A DNA stretch of 64,000 bases, from positions 7,903,751-7,967,750 of the forward strand of contig OZ037773.1 of the NCBI GenBank assembly GCA_964035545.1, in the 5' to 3' direction. Source of the DNA: Bugula neritina (lineage: Eukaryota > Animalia > Bryozoa). Below the pieces are notes generated by a model. That model was not told where the DNA came from, did no database searches, and worked only from the letters and a program-made list of their open reading frames with translations. Of this stretch, positions 56,715 to 64,000 are shown one piece after another. Each line of letters starts with the position of its first letter. The first letter of the stretch is position 1. The translations under genes and the position numbers were made by a program.

Positions 56715-59131
56715 ACATTATAAATAACTGCACCAACTTGTAAAGTTATCCTCTCATGGATAAATTTCGAAGATTATCAAATTATCAGGTATACTGACTA
56801 AAACAATATTCTCCATCAACTAAGAAATGGGAGATTCTGAGTGGTTTGCACTAACTTGCTCACTAGTGATATTTATTTTAATAACAAATGTAATGAAGGG
56901 GGGAGGGAGGGGTAGCTTTTTGAGAAGCTCATTTCACTTCACTCAATTGCTGCTGTAATTTCCTACATACATACTCTGACACCAATACTCTGTCAACTTA
57001 TTGACCTGTGGTGGTTTTACGCACTGAAACACAAGAGGGGGATAGGAATTGAAATATTTTTTATTATTTATACGGTCTCGGAATTTCTATTGATGCTTCA
57101 TGATTCTATGCTACAGATTATCAGTTTTGTGTGCTCTATCACCTATTAGGGGCATAAATTTGTATTGAATAAACATGCTAGTACTACACGCTGTGTTTTT
57201 ACTTAGTAACAATGTTAGAGTTGTCTACCCAATATATTGCTTCACACTGCTGCTGTTATTGTGCAACTTTCCATAATAATTTTAGCAGTTTGAGTTTTAG
57301 TTGATTAAATATTGGCACTAGTTTTTATTGCTAATCATTCTTTAGACTTTTTAGCATGTGATTGCTGAATTATTTGTCAAAAACCTGCCCTTAAAAACCG
57401 ATTTTGTGGCCTCAGAGTTTAGCAACCTTAAGGAAAGGAGAGGGGTCTCTTGACCCACCCTTAACACTGACACTCTGTTCTACAGAAATCTTGTTATTTG
57501 TCTGTGTAAAGCTAATACTTATTGAGATTCTTTTCTACACTTACATGTTGCAGCTCGTAAATTAAATGAGAACTAAATCAAACGAAGTTGTGTTCTCACA
57601 ATAGTTTCAAACCAAACTCACTAAAAACTATTAAAGAACTTGAGCTATTAAAATTTCTCCATTACTTTGTTATTTGCCAGAGCTCACATACACAGCCAGG
57701 TCACATGTTGTAGTGCCGTTTTTTTATTCTGATGACAGCATCGGTTTTGCTCCTCAAAGCTACTACATTTCATGAATTGATGAGATGAAAATGGTAGTAA
57801 ATTACTGCCAACAATATTATTTTTTGTGAGACATTTTCAGTCCACCTCAAACTTGACGATTGTTAAAATTTTTATGAATAACAGTGGCTTATCTACTTAT
57901 TAGCATGTAAATCTTCGTCTTGCGTAAGTGTTGCATAATGTAGATTGTGCAGCGAGTGTTACTGTACTGTTACATGGCTACTGTTATAAGTTATATGTAA
58001 TCAGTTGTGTAACTTATTCTCACAAACCTGAAGGTTACTATCTCATTTCTCAATCAGCAGCATTATGTCTGATATTCATCTTCATGACATAACCTAGCAA
58101 CGGCATCCACCAGTCTTCAGCTAGATCTACTATTGCAGTTGTTATCTGTGCATAAGGCAGGATGTGACATCACATACTCTGTAGCCAGGTTGAAGCAGGT
58201 GACTGCAAGGTGCTTGTTCCAGTAGCAGTGTGTATATTACAGTTGCTCACAACTGTCTATATCGTCTATCCTATATGGTAAAGTCTATCTTGCATTGCAT
58301 TCAGGTATATTGTATTATACTCAAATACAGTTCGTTGCACCAGTTTGATATTGGGGCATCATTGTAATGTAGTCTAGAGATCTTCACTAATCCATTCTGT
58401 GTCATCACTAAGCATAGCTTATAGTAAATCTCTCTACTTACCTGTAAGTCTAATTGTTATTTGTAATATACTGTCAACTTATTGTTAGGCTGAGGGATGT
58501 TTACTTACAGCTTTAAGGGACGGGGCACCAGTATGAGTTGTTTGTTGTGTTAGCAGGACATTCTGGTGTTAACAAGTGGCTGATATTTAGTCATCAGTTA
58601 ACTGGGGAAGATATTCAGGGCTTTTTTTTAAAAATCTTTGAGCAAATGAAGGATGTAGATAACGCAATAAACTTTATTAGCCCGAGCTCTTTAACACTAA
58701 CATGTTTCACTCTGTTGGTGTCTTAGGCTATGTTTTAAGGAAGTAGGTGTGCAGTAATTGAGAAGTTTAGAAAGAATTGTGTTCTAAATAAAAAATATTC
58801 CCATAGGAGTTATGTTTTCATGATATTTTCAAATATACCCCAAAGCAAAATTCGTAAAGCTGATTAGAAGAATTTAGGCTCTTGAAATCTTTTTTGTAAC
58901 TGCATCTAAATGCTTTTAAATTGAAATTATTATGTAGACATTTTTGAGCAAAAACTACCTCAGTGTAATGTTTCAAGTTAAATTGATGAGTTACTCTGCA
59001 AATACTCATATCTAATGCTCTACCAACTAGCTAACTAACCAACTATTATTTTACATGTGTTTTGGAGTTGTTTTCCATATAAAGCATATTATTCTGTATA
59101 TTCTCGAACTTTCATTACAAAAGGTACGACC

Positions 59132-62100
59132 ATGTTGAAATGGGCATCTAGCGGAAGCACATTTGACAGTGCAGACAGCACCTCTAAAGAGACTGAACTT
59201 AGAAAGTCTTCCGTCAGCAATGTTGATATTTCTAGTTCTGGTGGCATTTGTCAGCTTTCCCAGGTGAGCTTGAGCTTGACTCTTTAACTGACTACTAGAG
59301 TGACTGACTCTACTAGAGTGACTCATTCACTCTATACCAGACTAACTGACTCTACCATGTTTAATCACTTCTTCGTATCATCATAGTAACTTCTACTGGC
59401 TAGCATACTACGAACCCAAAACATTTTATTAGTTCGTTGCTCTACTCTAATTATCTTTTTTCAAAACCATGTGTTTTTACAAACTCGTATGCTGTTTATA
59501 GGAATATGAAAATTACCACAAGCAACTGTTATCTGATTTGGATCAGCTAACTAATCAGGTTTCTGTCCAATCAGATGTCAGCACGCAATCCACCCTGATG
59601 ACTCAGAAAGACAGCTGTATGACTCATAACTTAGAGACACAAAGGCCGGACCACCCAAAGCTTTCTATGATCAACGAGATGAACTGTCAGCTCAGCATTG
59701 CTCAACAAACTGTCAGCCAATTAGCGGAGAGTGAATATCCAATAGTATCATCTGTTTCACAAGAATTGTCTGCTTTACGCTGTATAGACAACTCCAAATC
59801 TAATGGAAGTATCACTAACACTAGTAATATCAACAGGAATGAGAGTGTTATCATAATTGATGATGATGTCACCAACAGTTGGGCTGTCCCTGAAGCTCCT
59901 CTCAACTCCAGTATTGGTGCTTCCGCCACCAGGAAAGACGATGACAGATCCGATGACCCTGTGTCTACTCCGGCAGCAAATACGAAGATGGATGATGTCA
60001 CTAATGTTATAAACATCCTCAGCTCATTGAGGGTTTGTAAATATGATGCCTGATTTCCCAGCTAAAAGTTATTTTCGTAAATAACTTGGATTTACTTTTG
60101 CAGTAACTGATAAATTAAGAAAAAATTGTGTTGTAAAAGATACATGTAGCAAAAGAAGTTATATTTTTGAGAGACTTTCAACCTGCGCCCCAAACCAGAA
60201 TTTGTAGAAAAGTAAAGAATTTTTGCTATCAAGGTTTCTCCAGCTGCAGTTAATTGTAACTTTTAATAAACAGGAGTTGATTCCCTTTTCAGAATACATT
60301 GTCCATGCATATAAAAGATAGGAATAATGTTTTTAAATCTTTTACTGCAGCTTTATTTATTTTAAAAAAAGACAACTTTCACTAATCTCTGTAAAATAGT
60401 ATTTTTGCAGAAGTTGTTAAAATCTCACAATGGCTGTCTCTACAATTATGTATAGCCTCAACAATATAATGGCTTCAGAAAATGTTGTGTTTATCTTCCA
60501 GACTCAATTTGACAAGCTGAAGGAGGAGCTCGAGACGTCTGCAAAGTCCCAGCAGAGACTTGTGGAGAAAATAGACTGTCTGAAGTCAGAGAAAATGTCT
60601 CTATTGAATTCGGTTAGTAGTAGTCATCTCTTGACAATCAACTGATAATAGTGGCACAGATTAATATCTAATATGTGTTACTTTAACAAAAAGCAACACT
60701 AATCTTTATTTATAGTAGTTATCATCACTTGACAATCAAGTAATGATCTAATAGCTAAGATTAATATATAATATATCTCACTTTAAAAGAAAGCAACACT
60801 AAATTATAGAAAAATTCAGTATTTCAATTTGAAATTGCTCGACTTTTTTCAATTGAATAGAATTATTTTGAGAGCAACACAATTTGAAAGTTGTATAATT
60901 ATGAATTGAAAAGCTAAAAATGCTAAAGTTTAAGTATCATTGGCTATGCCGTATACACCGCGACACATACACATGGACTAATGTACAGGCCGTTGTAATG
61001 GTTACAACTTGCACTAAATTGCATCATGTATTGTTCCTGCAGATTATAGAAAGAAGACCACTTAGCAGGTGCCCCAGTTTCACTCTGAGTGAGTCAAGCA
61101 CTGCTGACTCTGCTGACAGATCTTGGAACTACCGTCAGTCTAGTAGCAGCATCAGCTGCAGAGATACTGCCAGTATCAGTGACATGCACGGAGACAGTGA
61201 TAGTGACACTGGTAGATATAGCAATGTTGCCCCACAAGTTCCCGATAGACTTGACACTACCATGTCACGTGTCAGTAGCAGATCTAGTGCTGCTACGCCA
61301 CACAAACTTGACCGATCTGACACTGGTGAGTTTAACAGGATGTTTGCATGTGATGAAGGGGGTTTAGGATTGGGATATCCACTCCTTGCATGGGACACAT
61401 TTAGTTGTAGGAGTTTACATTACTGATGTATTGATTGAGAAACTGTTAAATAAAGCTGTGTATTTAGGCTGCGTAATCATTGAATATCCAAATTTAATAA
61501 TAAATTTAGGAAGAATATTTAAATGAATTATTATTATCTTGTGTGTGGCAAGTCAAAATGACCCACGAATTTACAACCCATACTGTGCATTTCATTACTC
61601 AGTTTTAATGTTTTGAGAGTAATTCGTTGCATTTGGTACTGCTTTGTATTGTATTGTGTGGTAGTTATATGGTGTTGGTGTTAGCCTCTAAACTCGCTCG
61701 TGTTTGAATTTTAGATCGTTTTGCTAGCCAGGATTTTGATGTATGGGCTGAACCTGTGCGTACTTTGTCGAGTAAATCTAGAAGTTGCTATCAGCAGCCA
61801 GCTAGCTCGAAGGGAGGAGTGGAGATGGTGGGTTATTCAATTTGAATTATATTCAACTTACTCAGTATATGTATACTCACGAGTTAGTAAAGTTATTAAA
61901 TATGTGTATGCTTTACGTTTTAGAAAGCTGGTTCTGCATCTCATTTGAATGATTTCGGCTCTAGTCACAGAGGTTTTCAAATGTCTGTTGAAGGTTAGAG
62001 ATTTCCCTATAGTACATGTATATCTCAGCTCTCTCTATGTTGTATATATATTAGCCTTTCTTTAGGTGTAGGCAGGGCAGAGTTATTGTGCTTTAATCTA

Positions 62101-64000
62101 CTATTGTAGCTTATTTTTTTGATAATCATTTTCAGTTTTCCTTTGTTAATCAATATATTATTCAATATAAAAGTCATAATAGCACAGTAAATCAATTTTG
62201 GAAACTATAATTCCCTGTATTTTATTTATTATTCCAGTAAAAGGTGCTTCAGTGTTGTAAGTGATGTGATGCCTTTAAGCAACAGTTTTCAATTATATAA
62301 ACAACAAGTCATTCTGTTGGAATAGAAACAAATATTTTATAAACGCAAATTGCAAAAAACAGAAAAGTGTCAAATTTACAAACCAGATTCGTTGCCATTA
62401 CAAAGTAGCTTGGTTTTTAACTCAAATCATTATATTTGTTCTGCATTGTATCCAGTGTATCTGAATGTTAATATTATTTCAATAATTTTGACACATTTAC
62501 AGCTATTAGGAGTTATCTTACCAATATAATTGTTTGAATGTAGAAAAACTGTTTAGAGTGCTGCAAGAGTTAACGGAATCGGAGAGACTCTACTGCAAGA
62601 ACCTTTGGCAGCTGACTCACAACTACTGCAGGCTATTATACTCTACTGGGGCTATCGCTAAGAAGGACAGCAGGTAATAAAGTTGCTCAGTTGACTCACA
62701 ACTACTGTGACCTTTTATACTCTACTAGGACTATTAAGAAGAAAATCAGTTACTATTATATTATTTTCTCTGACATGATGTTTGTTTAAAAAGAATTCAG
62801 TATATATATATTATCAAATAACACACTACAGTTTATTTATCATCAAAATCTGTATTTTGCAGCCGAGTTTTCCCTCCAAACCTTTTCACTCTGTACCAGA
62901 TGCATTGCGGTATGCTTCGCTGTCTCAACAAAAAGATTGTAACATTCTCACAGCAGCCATTTGCAAACTTGTCGGACATTTTCACTAAACTGACTCAAAA
63001 GAAAAAGGTGAGTCATTCTGGTTTATTCAGAACATTAACATTAACATGGAGTTTTTCGATACTTCCGCAAAAAACCCGTTCAAGAGTAATAGTTCAGCTG
63101 TGTTGATTTTAGATATGGCACTGAAGTTGATTGTGCTGCAACATTGGTTTTATGTATAACATGAAAAATTCAAAAAGAAATTAAATCAAGTAGTTGTATT
63201 TTTTGTTGCTAATAAAAAAGATTGCCAAAGCAAAGTAAATTTAGTTCAATCAAAGTTTCTGGGGTGGCTCAAAATTGCTACCAAAAGTAAACTTGATGTT
63301 GTGTACAAAAAGATCTCAAAGCTAGCAGCTTTGTTTTGACGTGTCCCTTTTTTTCTGGAAGATCTAGGAGTCTAATGGAACTTGACAGCGTTACAATACA
63401 ATGTTGTAGGCTGACCCTCTATCTGTGTATAAAGACTATATTGAGAAGTTTCCACTCATAGTTAGAATAGTCAACAAATTGACCAACACCTCCCCTCTTT
63501 TCCGGAAAGTTCTCAAGAAGTCTCAATCAGAGGGCGGAGTTATAGGAAACAGCCAAGAACTGATTGCTATTCTCATGCAACCAGTGGGGAGAGTTTCTGT
63601 TTACATTTCGTTCATAAATGTGAGTCGATATATAATTGGTATAGCAAGCAAATTTTAATATGAGCAATGTCATTAGAATTATGTTTAAAATACTACTAAA
63701 TCATTAAACTCCAACCAAATTTCATTGTACTGAAGTACTAGAGGGTTAACATGGCATGCTTGTTAAAAAACAGCAGAAAGGTTTACTATAGTGATGTAAT
63801 AGATATGTAATGAATCACTATTTTTTCACTAGATGGTCAGAATAGACATATTATGAGTCATATTATGAGTCATGCAGGTAACTCTTTGTAGGAAATGACT
63901 CATCTTATGTCTCAGGGTCTCCCCAGCAGACACCCCCATGTTCTAGACTTGCAGACGTCAGCTGACATTCTGAATAAATTTGCTAAATCAATGACTAGAG
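59132..64000 (+). CDS. Coiled-coil + Dbl-homology RhoGEF (ARHGEF33-like), 3'-incomplete
   Basis: Exons 59132-59263, 59502-60032, 60502-60612, 61042-61325, 61715-61827, 62510-62672, 62863-63007, 63410-63619, and 63892 to beyond the window end. DH motifs: VLQELTESERLY, VFPPNL..LYQMH, LSDIFTKLT, YKDYIEKFP, LIAILMQPVGRVSVY, RHPHVLDL. Confidence 0.8.

Noticed and set aside
58182-58197. 16-bp match (TAGCCAGGTTGAAGCA) to the start of NAXE exon 3
   Set aside because: No similarity extends on either side, so it is too short to call a duplication.

Overview
AT-rich, intron-containing invertebrate genomic DNA. The style suggests a compact lophotrochozoan genome, but the taxon cannot be established from the sequence. 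Gene models were spliced by hand using GT-AG sites and phase consistency. In order they are: a PAN/apple + C-type lectin gene (+), a 5'-truncated but uninterrupted CR1-like LINE (-), CCDC61 (+), WDR61/SKIC8 (-), a signal peptide + NHL propeller + sushi + TM receptor (+), a divergent bHLH gene whose domain is split over three exons and invisible in the ORF track (-, MEIOSIN-like by inference), ketohexokinase (+), a Tctex1-domain dynein light chain (-), an SLC16-like MFS transporter (-), MESD (-), NAXE (+), and a coiled-coil + DH RhoGEF running off the right end (+). Non-coding highlights are: minisatellites and duplications that copy splice donors or stop codons; a (TA)n tract serving as the 3' splice site of the bHLH basic-region exon, with an in-frame alternative acceptor that would delete the DNA-binding residues; hexamer-periodic tracts concentrated in first introns; and two strong palindromes. 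No CRISPR arrays, rRNA or intact tRNA genes were seen. Family assignments come from recalled motifs, not database searches.
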